NCBI GenBank assembly: GCA_051251855.1
Contig: JBPOGI010000007.1
Location: forward strand, 1-64,000
DNA: 64,000 bases
Reading direction: 5' to 3'
DNA from: Roseibacillus sp.
GTDB lineage: Bacteria > Verrucomicrobiota > Verrucomicrobiia > Verrucomicrobiales > Akkermansiaceae
Position 1 is the stretch's first letter; each line of letters begins with the position of its first letter. Below are positions 16,780 through 27,076 of this stretch, one piece after another. Below the pieces are notes generated by a model, which did no database searches, was not told the DNA's origin, and saw only the letters and a list, made by a program, of their open reading frames with translations. Made by a program: the position numbers and the translations under genes.

Positions 16780-18983
16780 GGTGTCGAATAGTGGTAAGTC
16801 AAAACAAGCTCGCTCAAGCCCTGCAATGAAAGTCGCAGCTCTTCACCTTCGTCAAAAGCTTGAACCTTCGCAGGAGCACTCACCTTTAAGAGCAATCCTT
16901 CAGCCAATTGCCAAGTATTCTCGGCACCCTCCAACAAAGCCAAACTCTCCCCCGCCGCCGCTCGCAAGAAGATATTCTCCGGAACAGCCTCACTAAACAA
17001 AAGCGTCCGCACCAATCGCGGCCCCTCCGCAAAATCCTCAAAGCGATCCTTCACCTCCAATTCCCCGAAACGATACTCAAAGGTCGGCCGCTGCTTCTCA
17101 TCCAGCGCATAACCCAAGAACTCAAAACCCTTCGCATCTTCATGCTCCGGCACCACCGGCCACGCCTCATCTGCAGACTCTAACAGCGCCATTCCCGGCC
17201 CCGGTGGAAAACGCACTAACCCTTCTCCCCCCTCCTTTACAAACCCCGAACCCTGCCCCCGCCAAACCGGCGACATCTCCGCGAAGTCCCCCTTCCAAAC
17301 CGAACCCAAGGCCATCTTCCCCGCATCAAAGGAAAGATTGATCCCCGATGGATATCCCACCCCAATTCCGCGCTTCCCGATCCCCGTGTATTGCCTGCGC
17401 AACATCACCGCCTCAGTTTCGCTAGGTCCAAACGGAATCGGTTCCGGCCGCACCCCCGCAGGGCGCCGCGCCTCCTGCCCCTTCGACAAATACTGCCAAA
17501 TGGCATCAATCTGCTGGTCCGCATCCCCTCCCAATATCTCCGGCCTCACCGACTTCCCGTTCGGCCAAAAGCTCGGCATGATCGTGGTAGGGTGAAACTC
17601 CTGCGGATTGAGTAAATAACGATGAAACCACCCCTCCTGCAACCGTTCCCACATCGTCGTCAGGTCCAACGCATCCAGCGTGGTCGTCTTTTCCCCAAAA
17701 AAGGTGTGGCAGGAATTACACGCCAAATTTTTCTCCCCCACCAACGCGTGCCCCGCCTTCATGATTTCTCCTCGGTCCTCTGATCGCGCAATCTCGAATG
17801 GCTCGGAATGGTCGACATCTCCCAGCCACTCCACCAACTCCTCGACATTCTCGGATCCAAAACGAGGCATGCGCGTCTTCATGTAAGGTCTCACAGAGCC
17901 ATCACTCATCAGAATCCGTCGCAGCGCCGCTGGCTTCAACTTCGCGCCCACTCCCGTCAAAGAAGGAGGAATCCTCGCCTGCTCCCCTAAGTTCAAATTC
18001 GTTGTCGTAAAGAAAGCATCACGCTCATCAGAAACCCCACCCAACTCATCACGCGAGTGACAAGCAAAGCAATTCAGCTGCGCCATCTTAAAGTGAACCC
18101 GCGCTTCTGGACTCATCTTCGCCGGCACCGTCTCAGTCTTCACCGCAGCCAATTCCTTCTGCTGCTCAGGCGACAAAGGATAACTCGCCGTCGTGCAATC
18201 CTTCGTCAAATCAAGCAACGCAAACGCCTCTGCAAAGTCACGCCGCGCCTTCTCGGGTTCATGACATTGCGCACATCCCAACTCTTTAAAAAACACCTCT
18301 CCCGCCTTCCGATTCTTCTCCGGCCGCACTACCGGCACCACCTCCTTCTGTTCCCGCAATAGGTAACTCGCCAACTCCTTCGCCTGCCAATGGTCCAAAC
18401 CCATATCCGGCATCCTGCCACTCGGCCGACTCTTCAACGGATCTTCCAAAAACGCGGTCAAACTCGCCACGCTATACTTCTCCTCCAAACGAACCAAAGG
18501 CGAAGACCCCACCAACACCTCCCCTTCTGGATCATGGCAAGCCACACAACCCACCTCATGAAACAGCGCCTTCCCTTTCTCCACCGACTCAGCCTCAATC
18601 GGCTCCAGCTCAATCTCCCCTTCCTCCCCCCACAGATAATCCGCTAGCGCAGAGGCCGCCCCCAATCGCTCCTCCTCCGGCAGAGACGCCAAGACATTCG
18701 GCATCGTCGTCCCAGGCTTCACCTTCTCAGGATTGAGAACAAAATTGATAAAATACGAGCGCTGAATGCGAGCGCCCACCTCCTCCAACCGAGGTCCCTG
18801 CTTCCACTCCCGCTCATCACCGTGACAAGCCACACATCCCAACTCACTCACCAACAACTCACCCCGAAAATCCAAAGCCATCTTCTCATCTCGAACCGTA
18901 ATCGGCGACTCAGCGCAAACATCTCCGGCCCCAAGGAACCAAAGGGCAAAAAGCCGACACCACGCAGAAGACAATAAAGACAT
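16776..18983 (-). CDS. Multiheme c-type cytochrome (5 CxxCH)
   Basis: CVACH twice, CAQCH, CFACH and CNSCH; PG..MP distal Met motifs. Confidence 0.88.
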   Translation of the reverse strand: MSLLSSAWCRLFALWFLGAGDVCAESPITVRDEKMALDFRGELLVSELGCVACHGDEREWKQGPRLEEVGARIQRSYFINFVLNPEKVKPGTTMPNVLASLPEEERLGAASALADYLWGEEGEIELEPIEAESVEKGKALFHEVGCVACHDPEGEVLVGSSPLVRLEEKYSVASLTAFLEDPLKSRPSGRMPDMGLDHWQAKELASYLLREQKEVVPVVRPEKNRKAGEVFFKELGCAQCHEPEKARRDFAEAFALLDLTKDCTTASYPLSPEQQKELAAVKTETVPAKMSPEARVHFKMAQLNCFACHSRDELGGVSDERDAFFTTTNLNLGEQARIPPSLTGVGAKLKPAALRRILMSDGSVRPYMKTRMPRFGSENVEELVEWLGDVDHSEPFEIARSEDRGEIMKAGHALVGEKNLACNSCHTFFGEKTTTLDALDLTTMWERLQEGWFHRYLLNPQEFHPTTIMPSFWPNGKSVRPEILGGDADQQIDAIWQYLSKGQEARRPAGVRPEPIPFGPSETEAVMLRRQYTGIGKRGIGVGYPSGINLSFDAGKMALGSVWKGDFAEMSPVWRGQGSGFVKEGGEGLVRFPPGPGMALLESADEAWPVVPEHEDAKGFEFLGYALDEKQRPTFEYRFGELEVKDRFEDFAEGPRLVRTLLFSEAVPENIFLRAAAGESLALLEGAENTWQLAEGLLLKVSAPAKVQAFDEGEELRLSLQGLSELVLTYHYSTP

Positions 18984-19054
18984 AACCTCGAAGAGAAATT
19001 CCTCTCGGCCTCACCTAAGCACTTCCACGAGCATTCGACGATCTCTCATCGCAT

Positions 19055-19089
19055 AAAAAATGCCCAAGGCTCGCAAGCCTCGGGCATTT
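19055..19089 (-). terminator. Rho-independent terminator after the DM13 gene
   Basis: aaatgccc..ggc / gcc..gggcattt hairpin with an A tract on the + strand. Confidence 0.7.
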
Positions 19090-19108
19090 CGAAAACTTCT
19101 GGCACTCT

Positions 19109-19504
19109 CTAGAGCTTACCCGCCCCCCAAAGCTTGGAATACTTCTCACAATGAATAATCACGCTCTTGTATTTCGAAAGGTCGATCCCAGCAGGCAAAG
19201 TGTAGGTCTGGTCGCCCTTACTAGACTTTAACTTCGCAACCAACACCGCACCCTTAGTAGCATTCTTCGAAGTCACTGCTGAAATCGAACTGGGCGATAG
19301 AAAAATCTTCAAGTCCGGAGCCGTCGCCGTCTTGAACCCTTTGAGCGAAATTTGCTTTTTACCCCCCTTGTCGGAAATCGTCCAAGTGCCATTGATCGTA
19401 TTCTCTTTCTTAGTCCAAGTCCCTGACTGACCGAATGCCGCCGAGGCACCAAAAAAGAGACTTAAGAAGAGAAGGGCGAGTGTGTGAATTGTTTTCGTTT
19501 TCAT
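19109..19504 (-). CDS. DM13 domain protein
   Basis: Signal peptide; APDLKIFLS and GDQTYTLP..IDL..Y.SVIIHC motifs. Confidence 0.88.
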   Translation of the reverse strand: MKTKTIHTLALLFLSLFFGASAAFGQSGTWTKKENTINGTWTISDKGGKKQISLKGFKTATAPDLKIFLSPSSISAVTSKNATKGAVLVAKLKSSKGDQTYTLPAGIDLSKYKSVIIHCEKYSKLWGAGKL

Positions 19505-19573
19505 GTTAATCCGTTTGTTTGACCCCCATAGGACGCCAGATATTCATCCCTATTCCCTCATTTTTCAAGCTCT

Positions 19574-20551
19574 TCACCGCGTCCCCTTCAAAACAGCCCG
19601 CAAAGGCCTAGGATAACCTTCCACTGTCTTGGACTCATCCGAGGAGTCCAAGAACTGAGGCAACGAATAAAAAGTCATCCACTCCGTCCCCCGCTGCTCA
19701 TCGGTCGTCGTCACCGAAACATCGAGCACCTCCACTTCCTTGAACCCCACCCGCTCCATCATTCTTACCAAAAGAGCCACACTCGGGAGAAACCACACAT
19801 TACGCATCTGGGCATAGCGCCCCTGTGGCAAAAGCACCGTATTCTCATCTCCTTCCACTACCAAAGTTTCCAGCACGACCTCCCCTCCTTTCGTCAAAGT
19901 ATCCCGCAAAGCCTCCAAATGCTCAACCGGCGACTTACGGTGATAGAGCACCCCCATCGAAAAGGTAGTGTCAAAGAACTCCCACTTCTCAGGCACATCC
20001 TCAATCCCCAACGGCAGCACCCCAATCGGTAATTCCTTTCCTGCAAAATGTTGCGCAGCCAAAAACTGACACCCGAACAGCATCGCCGGATCGATTCCCA
20101 AAGCAAGACGAGCTCCCTCATCAAGCATACGCCAAAGGTGATATCCATTACCACACCCCACATCGAGAATTCTCCGACCAACAACCGGCGAAATCTTCTC
20201 CCGCAATCGTTCCCACTTCCAATCCGAACGCCACTCCGTATCTACAAACACCTCCCCGAAGTGAAACGGACCCTTCCGCCACGGCGACAAGCCCAGCAAA
20301 ACTTCCTTTAATTCTCCTTCGCTTTGCCCCTCTAACAAGAAGTGCAAAGCACCACTCTCAACCTTCATCCCTCGCCCCTCAAATCCATCTCGCAACCGCT
20401 TCAGAACAGCCTCCCAACGCCCCAAATCACCATGTCCTTCTCCCGTATACTTCTGTCGCGTCTTTTCCTTCAGCTCCTCCACCAACGCCTCTTGCCCTGA
20501 AGTATCCAGCTCCTTCCATACCGATCTAAATTGAGAAGTAATATCCACCAC
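19574..20551 (-). CDS. cmoB: tRNA U34 carboxymethyltransferase CmoB
   Basis: [32 protein letters not shown] and TVEGYP.P motifs; start inferred. Confidence 0.93.
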   Translation of the reverse strand: MVDITSQFRSVWKELDTSGQEALVEELKEKTRQKYTGEGHGDLGRWEAVLKRLRDGFEGRGMKVESGALHFLLEGQSEGELKEVLLGLSPWRKGPFHFGEVFVDTEWRSDWKWERLREKISPVVGRRILDVGCGNGYHLWRMLDEGARLALGIDPAMLFGCQFLAAQHFAGKELPIGVLPLGIEDVPEKWEFFDTTFSMGVLYHRKSPVEHLEALRDTLTKGGEVVLETLVVEGDENTVLLPQGRYAQMRNVWFLPSVALLVRMMERVGFKEVEVLDVSVTTTDEQRGTEWMTFYSLPQFLDSSDESKTVEGYPRPLRAVLKGTR

Positions 20552-20629
20552 GTTTGCGCCCGTTACCCTGCGATGGACCCCGTCCTTTTTCAATTCCAAA
20601 CAATGAGAACGCCTCAACCGAGTAACATT

Positions 20630-21646
20630 TCAGTAACCCCCATCTCCTCGACAGCGCAAGGTCGGACTCTCACCTAGAAGATACTCAAACTGCAGTTCAG
20701 CACCCGCAGTCAACTCACCCACTAATTTGAGCGTCTTGGGACAGGTTAACCCTGAGTCATAGTCCGCGAGTATATGCTCACCAAAAGTCGTAATCCGAGT
20801 GAACAAAAGAGGCTCTAAGGTTCCTACTCCTTCGTCGGGCAACCTCACCTTCAATCCAGCCAACACCTCCACTTCCTCATTTCCCCAACCCGCCAAAGTT
20901 TCACAATTGAGAGCGAACACTGTCCCCACCTCCACCCGCTCCAAGCCCCCCTCTTTTCCATCAAAGGAGAACTCCCGCCCAGGGTTCACAAGCTTCAATT
21001 CTACTCTCACCTCCGCAGGAACAAACAAAGCCTCAGGAACCTGCCGATAGAGATGTCGAAAAATCGCAACTTGAGATTCCGCATCCAAACAAGCCTGCAT
21101 CGTCTCAGACACAACAACATCCGGCACCCAACTACGAGAAACCCCGTAGTTCAACGCATCCCCCAATAGAAACTCCGCAACCGAATCCTCGAACCCTAAT
21201 TCGGCCACTAGCTGCTGAGCACCTTCCAAGGCCTTTGCGTGAATCTCCAAAAAGACAAACTCACACTCCTCAGGCGAAAACACCGCCATCAGCGGCACTG
21301 CCAGAGTTCCAAACGGACCGCACCCCGCATACAGCACCCTCACCGGTCGCTGCTTACAATTCGCCATCGCCTGCAAGACCGCCTCATTCACCCCTCGCAG
21401 AAAGACCACGGTCCTCGCATAATCCTCCACACACATCGCAGCCATTGCTGGCGAAACGGCCAACCCCTCCACCGTGCGCGACTCCCCAGCCCCCAAATCC
21501 TCCTTCCGCTCCCAGCCAGCCCCCGAATACAGCTCGAATAACTCAAGCATTTTCAAAACTTCGGGACGAAGCGTATGAACCGGGTTCTCTTTTGAAAGAA
21601 TGGCCTTCACACACCCCTTCATCTCTTCTCTTCTGCCTTCTTTCAT
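20630..21646 (-). CDS. Class I SAM-dependent methyltransferase, PRMT-like
   Basis: VLYAGCGP motif I; DVVVSETMQACLDAE resembles the PRMT double-E loop. Confidence 0.7.
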   Translation of the reverse strand: MKEGRREEMKGCVKAILSKENPVHTLRPEVLKMLELFELYSGAGWERKEDLGAGESRTVEGLAVSPAMAAMCVEDYARTVVFLRGVNEAVLQAMANCKQRPVRVLYAGCGPFGTLAVPLMAVFSPEECEFVFLEIHAKALEGAQQLVAELGFEDSVAEFLLGDALNYGVSRSWVPDVVVSETMQACLDAESQVAIFRHLYRQVPEALFVPAEVRVELKLVNPGREFSFDGKEGGLERVEVGTVFALNCETLAGWGNEEVEVLAGLKVRLPDEGVGTLEPLLFTRITTFGEHILADYDSGLTCPKTLKLVGELTAGAELQFEYLLGESPTLRCRGDGGY

Positions 21647-21775
21647 TTCGACTCCTCAGGCGAAGATGGCAGCCTTTCTGCAAGCCGACAATCCTCTTAC
21701 CCTTCCCTGGAGAAATGCTGATTCAAGAAAGAGCATACGGCTGCGATCCGTCCGAAAGTAAAAGCCGACACCAAC

Positions 21776-22486
21776 TCACTTCCGCGCCACCCAGCTCGCA
21801 AAATTCAAGCATTGCAACACCCGTGTTACCTGCGAAAAACCCACCCCTTTGAGACGTTCTTCGTGAGACTCTAACAGCTCAGGAATCAGAACCTCCTCCA
21901 GCGCCTCCCTCTTCCGTGCGATCTCCATCTCGGAATAACCTTGTTGCCGCTTGAACTCCCAATGCAACTCTCGCAGCCAGTCCTCATCCCCTTCATCGGG
22001 ACTCACAAATTTCTCCGAAAGAAAGAGCACCCCACCGGGCACAAGCGCCTCATAGCACCGTGCCAGCAGCGTCTCCCGCTCCGCCAAAGGCACAAACTGA
22101 AGCGTAAAGTTCAGCACAATCAACCCTGAGTTTGCCATCGGCCACGACACCGCATCTCCCTCGTGGAAAAAGACTTCAGGTAAATCTAACAATTCACGCG
22201 CCTTTGCCACCATCGGCCTCGAATCATCGATCCCATGCACCTCCACCCCCTTATCCCTCACTCCACGCCAAGCCGCTTCCACACTCGCTCCCAGCGAAGA
22301 GCCCAAATCATACACTCTGGTCCCCTCCTTCACCTCTCTTCCCGCCACCGCCTCGATCGCGGTCAAGGTCAGCCCGTATCCCGGAACCGACCGCCGAATC
22401 ATATCCTCGAACACACCCACCACCTTCTCCGAAAACTCAAATCGTTTTCGCTCCCCCTCCTCTACAAAAATCTCATCTCGGCTCAT
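21776..22486 (-). CDS. cmoA: Carboxy-SAM synthase CmoA
   Basis: F.F...V..VF.DMIRRSVPGY, YDLGSSLG, LNFTLQF and GYSE.EI..KR motifs. Confidence 0.93.
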   Translation of the reverse strand: MSRDEIFVEEGERKRFEFSEKVVGVFEDMIRRSVPGYGLTLTAIEAVAGREVKEGTRVYDLGSSLGASVEAAWRGVRDKGVEVHGIDDSRPMVAKARELLDLPEVFFHEGDAVSWPMANSGLIVLNFTLQFVPLAERETLLARCYEALVPGGVLFLSEKFVSPDEGDEDWLRELHWEFKRQQGYSEMEIARKREALEEVLIPELLESHEERLKGVGFSQVTRVLQCLNFASWVARK

Positions 22487-22734
22487 GCTCGCAGACTAAC
22501 GGTAGGGAGTCTCGCCTGTCCCCTCTAAAAAACGGGAGGAAATCCCCATTAACACCCTAAAAATAGGTCAAAATTGCCCGTAGAGGCCCAAATCAACGAA
22601 AATATGTCCAATTCTCAGTCGTCCTTGACCATTCTCCAAAAGAATTCCACGCGCGAACATTGACATTAGGGCCTTTTTTTCGGGAGTCTCCCCCCTCCCT
22701 TGCCCCCAAGGCATTGGCACTCACCCAATAGACT

Positions 22735-24009
22735 ATGGATACACTACTCGTTCACGGAGGCACTCGCTTGCAGGGCGCCATCAATATCTCAGGCTCAAAG
22801 AACGCTTCTCTCCCCATTCTGGCCGCTACTCTCCTCACCGAGGAAACCGTGATCATCAGCCGGGTGCCCGACGTCTCTGACACCAACTACATGTTGCAAA
22901 TTCTCTCCGCACTCGGTGCTGAGGTCGAGCGCTCTTCTGGCACTGTCCGGATCAAGTGCGCCAACATCAGCCCAGACGCACCTTATGAACTTGTCCGTCG
23001 CATGCGCGCCTCCATCTGCGTGATGGGCCCGCTCTTGGCTCGCTTAAACCGTGCCACGGTCTCTCTCCCTGGTGGCTGTGTCATTGGTGACCGTCCAGTC
23101 GACCTTCACATCAAAGGCCTCGCAGCCTTGGGCGCTGATTGCGATGTCGAAGGCGGAAATATGGATCTCAAGGGACCCAAAGGTGGCCTCGTCGGTTGCG
23201 AGCTCGACCTTCGTGGCAAGCATGGTCCTACCGTTCTTGGTACCGACAACATCATGATGGCCGCCTGTTTAGCCAAAGGCACCACTATCATCGAATCCGC
23301 CGCGTGCGAGCCAGAGGTGGTAGACCTCGCCAATTTCCTCATTTCCATGGGAGCAAAAATCGAAGGTGCTGGCACCCGACGCATCACCATCGAAGGGGTT
23401 GAAAAACTCGGAGGTACTGAACACACCGTGATTGCCGACCGCATCGAAGCCGGAACCTTTATGGCCGGAGCCGCCGCCTATTCAGAAGGCGTCACCCTCA
23501 ACCGCATCGTTAAAGAAGACCTCGCCGCGGCGACCAAAGTTCTTCGCGAATGCGGCCATAGTGTCGAGTTCAGCAAAAACGACACCTCGGTCACGGTAAC
23601 TCCTGGCGACAATCCTGTCGGAGCCCAAATCACCACCGCGCCTTACCCCGGTTTCCCCACCGACATGCAGGCTCAGTTCAGCGCGCTCTTTGCCACCACT
23701 GCCGGAATCTCCGTCATTGAAGACACCATTTTCCCACAGCGCTTCATGCACTGTGCCGAACTTTCTCGCATGGGAGCCAACATCAACGTCGACAACGGTC
23801 GCGCCGTCGTCACCGGCGTAGAGCAACTCTCAGGAGCACCCGTGATGGCCTCCGACTTACGCGCTTCCGCAGCCCTCGTTCTCGCCGCCCTTTCCGCGAA
23901 AGGCACCACCGCTATCCACCGTCTTTACCATATCGACCGTGGCTACGAGCATATTGACGAAAAGCTTCTTCTTCTCGGGGCCAACGTCGAGCGCGTGCGC
24001 GAAAAGTAA
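22735..24009 (+). CDS. murA: UDP-N-acetylglucosamine 1-carboxyvinyltransferase
   Basis: SGSKNA, MRAS, PGGCVIGDRPVD (catalytic Cys), PGFPTDMQ and DLRA motifs. Confidence 0.97.
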   Translation: MDTLLVHGGTRLQGAINISGSKNASLPILAATLLTEETVIISRVPDVSDTNYMLQILSALGAEVERSSGTVRIKCANISPDAPYELVRRMRASICVMGPLLARLNRATVSLPGGCVIGDRPVDLHIKGLAALGADCDVEGGNMDLKGPKGGLVGCELDLRGKHGPTVLGTDNIMMAACLAKGTTIIESAACEPEVVDLANFLISMGAKIEGAGTRRITIEGVEKLGGTEHTVIADRIEAGTFMAGAAAYSEGVTLNRIVKEDLAAATKVLRECGHSVEFSKNDTSVTVTPGDNPVGAQITTAPYPGFPTDMQAQFSALFATTAGISVIEDTIFPQRFMHCAELSRMGANINVDNGRAVVTGVEQLSGAPVMASDLRASAALVLAALSAKGTTAIHRLYHIDRGYEHIDEKLLLLGANVERVREK

Positions 24010-24090
24010 TCTCATGAGACACCCATAGACTGAGGCGAAAAAAGGGCCAAAAACTCGACACCTCGTCCATTTTCACGCAATTTATCAGGC

Positions 24091-25125
24091 GTGAAACAGC
24101 CACTTGCTCTCCTTTTGGTCACTTCTTTCGCTTCTGCGGAGCTAGTCGACATCACCTTGACGCTGACTCCCGTCACCGCCTCCGAGAACAAACTCGCCCT
24201 CACCCTCCAAGTCCCCATTCTAGGAAACGATAGCGACACTTCTGATGTCTCGGGGACGATTGCCGCGCGTATTGATATCGATCCCGGTTCCGGAACAATT
24301 TCTACTCTCGAGCTCCTTTCAGGTGACATCGACGGGACTGCAGTGAGTTTTTCACAGTCCAGTATCTTTGGTAATTATAACATATCCACGAGCGCCATCG
24401 GGGGAACCGTCGACACCCCCGCCCCTCCTGCCCCTGTTTCCAGCAGCCAATCCGCCGCCGAATTGCACGAATTCACGATCAATGCCGGTACTTTGACTGG
24501 TTCTGTCACTCCGTTGTTTTCAGCCACCACCAACATTGCCGAAGACTTCTCCCTTAGCCCTGTCACCGGCCCAGGAACGGCGGGCGACTTCGTCAATCTT
24601 TCTTCAACCGCCAATGCAGGAGCGTCCTCACCCACTCTTGCCGTTTACGATCTCGACTTCGATTACCCCATTGATATCACGCAAGAAGTTGATGTTGGAG
24701 TGACGGTCACTTTCCTCGCCTCGGGCACCATGCGAGCAACTGGTCAAGTGTCCATTCCAGTAATACCACCGAACCCCTTCCTCACTTGGGCCACTTCTAA
24801 CGGCGATGCCTCTGCCTCATTCGAGGGCAACGACTTCTCGCCACTGCTTCCCAACGGCTTGCTCTGGGCTCTCGGCTACAATGCTGGCGAAACCCCTCGC
24901 CATTTGGAGCCTATCGCAAGTAATTCTAGCAGCTTCAACGTCACTCCTCCTGTAGGCGGGACCATTACTGACATTGCAGTTCAACTCTCCTTCGACCTCT
25001 CGGACCCCAATGCTTGGAACACCATCTCAACCATTCCTGCGGGAACCACTACCGCACAAGGTCCCTTCGGCGGCGGCACAGGCACCGCCTTCCTCCGCCT
25101 CTCTGCAGAGGAGCCTTCCAACTAG
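24091..25125 (+). CDS. Hypothetical secreted protein with a conserved C-terminal module
   Basis: Signal peptide; C-terminus FLTWA...NGLLWALG...SFDL...W...AFLRL. Confidence 0.75.
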   Translation: MKQPLALLLVTSFASAELVDITLTLTPVTASENKLALTLQVPILGNDSDTSDVSGTIAARIDIDPGSGTISTLELLSGDIDGTAVSFSQSSIFGNYNISTSAIGGTVDTPAPPAPVSSSQSAAELHEFTINAGTLTGSVTPLFSATTNIAEDFSLSPVTGPGTAGDFVNLSSTANAGASSPTLAVYDLDFDYPIDITQEVDVGVTVTFLASGTMRATGQVSIPVIPPNPFLTWATSNGDASASFEGNDFSPLLPNGLLWALGYNAGETPRHLEPIASNSSSFNVTPPVGGTITDIAVQLSFDLSDPNAWNTISTIPAGTTTAQGPFGGGTGTAFLRLSAEEPSN

Positions 25126-25191
25126 GGCTACCCTTCCCAGCAACGTTGAAGAACTTTCCCAAACGTTCCAAGCAAGCGAACATCTTCGACC

Positions 25192-26274
25192 TTGCCTTCA
25201 TCTCATGAGGCTAACAAACTTCTCCCCCCTTTGAGAACAATTCCATCCAGCGACGTTTCCAAGCTCCTGCTATTTTTGCTCGCCACTTTTCTTCTCGCCG
25301 CCCTGCTCGTGCCTCATGTCTACAATGCGGGACAGTTCACGGCCGAAATCACTTCGAACAAAACGATCAACCCTCTTGTCGACTATCTAGGCACCCACGC
25401 CCGCAAGGCTGACTACGCCCGCTTCTTCAATCGCTCACTCTATCTCGCGTCCCTCATCCTCCTTCCGTTTCTTCTCTTCTCCTTGGGCGCCAAGAAGACC
25501 ATCGCCAAGACCCCAGGCCCTTGGTCATTCGCCTTACCCGCTCGGTCTATCGCCCCCAATCGAGGGCAGCCTCTGGTGCGCCCTCCTCATCCCATCCGGC
25601 AGATCATCGGCGGATTTCTCATGGGTACCGTTTTCCTACTAGCCGCTGGAGCGTTGGCCATGCTCATTGGTTTTTTCCAATGGAAGGGCCAGCCCATCGC
25701 CCCCGCCGTCCCTGGTGCGCTTACTACCGCCGCAATTGTTGCAATCTTAGAAGAATTCATCTTTCGGGGCATCATACTCGGCATTTTCCTCCGCTCCTTT
25801 CGCCCTTCCATCGCCATCGTCCTCGTTGCCTTTCTATTTGGAGCCCTTCATTTCATCCGCCCTCCAGAGGGCGCCATTGTGGCCAATCCTGAGGGAGCCT
25901 TAGCCGGATTCGCCTTTCTCGAACTCACCGCGAGCCGACTTTTGGATGGTCACCTGATTCTGCAACAGTTCGCCCCTCTCTTTCTCGTAGGTGTTCTTCT
26001 GGGAGTTACCCGCTACCTCACCTCCTCCCTATGGCTCCCGATCGGACTCCATACCGGCTGGGTCTTCGCCTTCACCCTCTTCGGCGACCTCACCATCCCC
26101 ATCGGCAATAACCCCGAGTGGATGAGCCTCATGATTGGCTCAAACCTCGCGCAAGGACTGCTCCCTCTCGGCGCTCTTTTTGTCAGCGGCCTCATCATCT
26201 GGGTCGTCTACCGTGAGCCCGATTACTACGAATCCCCCTCTCCCGATAGCCCCCTCGACCCGGCCCCCTTGTAA
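25192..26274 (+). CDS. CPBP (CAAX-protease-like) intramembrane metalloprotease
   Basis: EEFIFRG, FGALH and IGLHTGW motifs; multiple TM segments; start uncertain. Confidence 0.85.
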   Translation: MPSSHEANKLLPPLRTIPSSDVSKLLLFLLATFLLAALLVPHVYNAGQFTAEITSNKTINPLVDYLGTHARKADYARFFNRSLYLASLILLPFLLFSLGAKKTIAKTPGPWSFALPARSIAPNRGQPLVRPPHPIRQIIGGFLMGTVFLLAAGALAMLIGFFQWKGQPIAPAVPGALTTAAIVAILEEFIFRGIILGIFLRSFRPSIAIVLVAFLFGALHFIRPPEGAIVANPEGALAGFAFLELTASRLLDGHLILQQFAPLFLVGVLLGVTRYLTSSLWLPIGLHTGWVFAFTLFGDLTIPIGNNPEWMSLMIGSNLAQGLLPLGALFVSGLIIWVVYREPDYYESPSPDSPLDPAPL

Positions 26275-26289
26275 AACTCCCCCTTCCCC

Positions 26290-27012
26290 ATGCCCCTCTT
26301 TTCCACGAGCCCTCTTTTGGATTGGCTCTACCCTCCGATCTGCTCCCTCTGCCAAGTCCCCCTTCGAAAGGGTCGAAATATTTGCGGACCTTGCAGCATC
26401 AAGCTCCCCCTCCTCACTCCGCACCGATGCCTCAAATGCGGACAAGAATTCGACGGCAAGATCGCGCCTCCCCAAGGCTGCCCCAATTGCCTGACCATGA
26501 AACCAGCTTTTGATTTTGCCACCGCAGCCCTTAAGGCCACAGACGACAGCATCAACCTCATTCATCAGCTCAAGCTCCTCAAACGCCCTGAACTCGGGAG
26601 CGACCTCGCCCAACTCGCCTCTAAATCCTTCACGCAAGAACCGAGGTTGAGCCGTCTCGCCGACCCAATCCTCATTCCCGTCCCCCTCCATGGCAAGCGG
26701 CTACGCTCTCGTAGATTCAACCAAGCCGAGGTCATCGCCCAGTCTCTTGCCGAACAACTCAACCTCGAGCTCCTTTCGGCTCTCAAGCGCATCCGCCCCA
26801 CCGAACGGCAGGCCACTCTTTCCCGAAAAGAGCGCCTCAAAAATCTTCGTAAAGCCTTCCAGCTCTGCACCTCGGAGCAAAAGATAGCGAGCCGTCATCT
26901 CGTTCTCATTGACGACGTTTTCACCACGGGCTCCACCGCTCAGGAATGCGCACGAGTCCTCCGAACCGCCAACCCCGCCTCCATCGCGGTTTTCACCATC
27001 TTGAGAGCCTGA
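26290..27012 (+). CDS. comF: ComF family protein (double zinc ribbon + PRTase)
   Basis: CxxC pairs; PVPLH..R..R.FNQA and LIDDVFTTGST motifs. Confidence 0.9.
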   Translation: MPLFSTSPLLDWLYPPICSLCQVPLRKGRNICGPCSIKLPLLTPHRCLKCGQEFDGKIAPPQGCPNCLTMKPAFDFATAALKATDDSINLIHQLKLLKRPELGSDLAQLASKSFTQEPRLSRLADPILIPVPLHGKRLRSRRFNQAEVIAQSLAEQLNLELLSALKRIRPTERQATLSRKERLKNLRKAFQLCTSEQKIASRHLVLIDDVFTTGSTAQECARVLRTANPASIAVFTILRA

Positions 27013-27076
27013 CACTTAGCCACAATCTGCCATTGTAGCCCCCCCAAACAGCCACTATCGTTCTTCTCGAAACATC

